DNA of 64,000 bases, from assembly GCA_043810165.1 (NCBI GenBank), contig JBDROJ010000023.1, forward strand, positions 4,675-68,674. The letters are read 5' to 3'. The stretch is from a bacterium (GTDB taxonomy: Bacteria > Patescibacteriota > Patescibacteriia > Magasanikbacterales > GWA2-37-8). The position numbers and the translations under genes are program-made. The notes beneath the pieces were generated by a model that was not told the DNA's origin, made no database searches, and saw only the letters and a program-made list of their open reading frames with translations. This document shows, one piece after another, positions 63,747 to 64,000 of the stretch (within the stretch, counting starts at the first letter, position 1; the number at the start of each line of letters is the position of its first letter).

Positions 63747-63931
63747 ACCTGTTGTTTTAGAAGTTTTTAGTTAACCTTAGCCAAGTAGCTCCCCAGATGG
63801 AACGAATTTCGAGCTGTTTTGGCTAATTTTAGGCAAGAATTTTTTCAAATTCAATCCACCTAATAATTAACCCAATAACATTAGTTTTCTAAATCTTGAT
63901 AAACAAAATCTTTTATTTTTCCAGAATAAAA

Positions 63932-64000
63932 TTATTTTTTATTCTTTTTTGATGGAGTCCTTTTTGTGACTTTTTTCTCCGCTGCTTTAATTGCCTGCAA
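63932..64000 (-). CDS. C-terminal end of an unidentified gene (lysine-rich tail ...LQAIKAAEKKVTKRTPSKKNKK), partial at window end
   Basis: Minus-strand frame open from the window edge to TAA at 63934-63932. Confidence 0.2.
   Translation of the reverse strand: MQAIKAAEKKVTKRTPSKKNKK

Noticed and set aside
1-64000. CRISPR arrays and rRNA genes
   Set aside because: No regularly spaced short direct repeats with unique spacers were seen. The repeat families found have only 2-3 copies at kb spacing. No rRNA-like conserved stretches.

Overview
The window is AT-rich and gene-dense, mostly housekeeping. Gene order and the near-absence of Shine-Dalgarno (SD) sequences on native genes suggest a small-genome CPR/Patescibacteria-like bacterium (inference). 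Left to right: an FtsK-like N-terminus at the window edge; a GC-rich island of tiny SD-bearing ORFs next to tRNA-Gly(UCC); EamA transporter, VOC, HAD and GNAT genes; an AbiEii-like nucleotidyltransferase pair and an ORFan, delimited by a three-copy ~90-bp repeat; a decayed IS3 element next to tRNA-Gly(GCC) and initiator tRNA-fMet; AI-2E transporter and Wzx-like flippase; a second GC-rich ORFan island; a SpoIID/LytB protein; rpoB-rpoC; yebC, ruvC, trmH-like; pfkB, trxB-like, rpe, rpiB; ileS; nif3; ruvA. A long minus-strand supercluster follows (coordinates descending): argG-argH, terminator, pyrB-pyrI-pyrC-(OTC-like)-pyrD-pyrK-pyrE-pyrF. A second minus-strand cluster covers deoxynucleotide metabolism: dCMP deaminase, T4-gp1-like dNMP kinase, dut, a 955-aa acidic repeat protein, thyA, folA, tmk-like, a membrane protein and gatB. 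Then come pyk-like, rplA, glnA, a third GC-rich ORFan, a 901-aa secreted protein and a Fic protein. Items most worth follow-up: (1) a family of GC-rich, multiply nested stem structures embedded in long AT-rich inverted repeats at three or more intergenic loci, with one apparent empty-site hairpin elsewhere; (2) two candidate leader-peptide attenuators (an Arg-rich leaderless mini-ORF before argG and a 13-aa mini-ORF before pyrB), each followed by an intrinsic terminator abutting the structural gene; (3) three compositionally foreign GC-rich islands whose ORFs carry canonical AGGAGG SD sites whereas native genes do not; (4) a cassette-like repeat family around the AbiE-like module; (5) five perfect DnaA boxes dispersed in intergenic regions. 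No CRISPR array and no rRNA gene were found.
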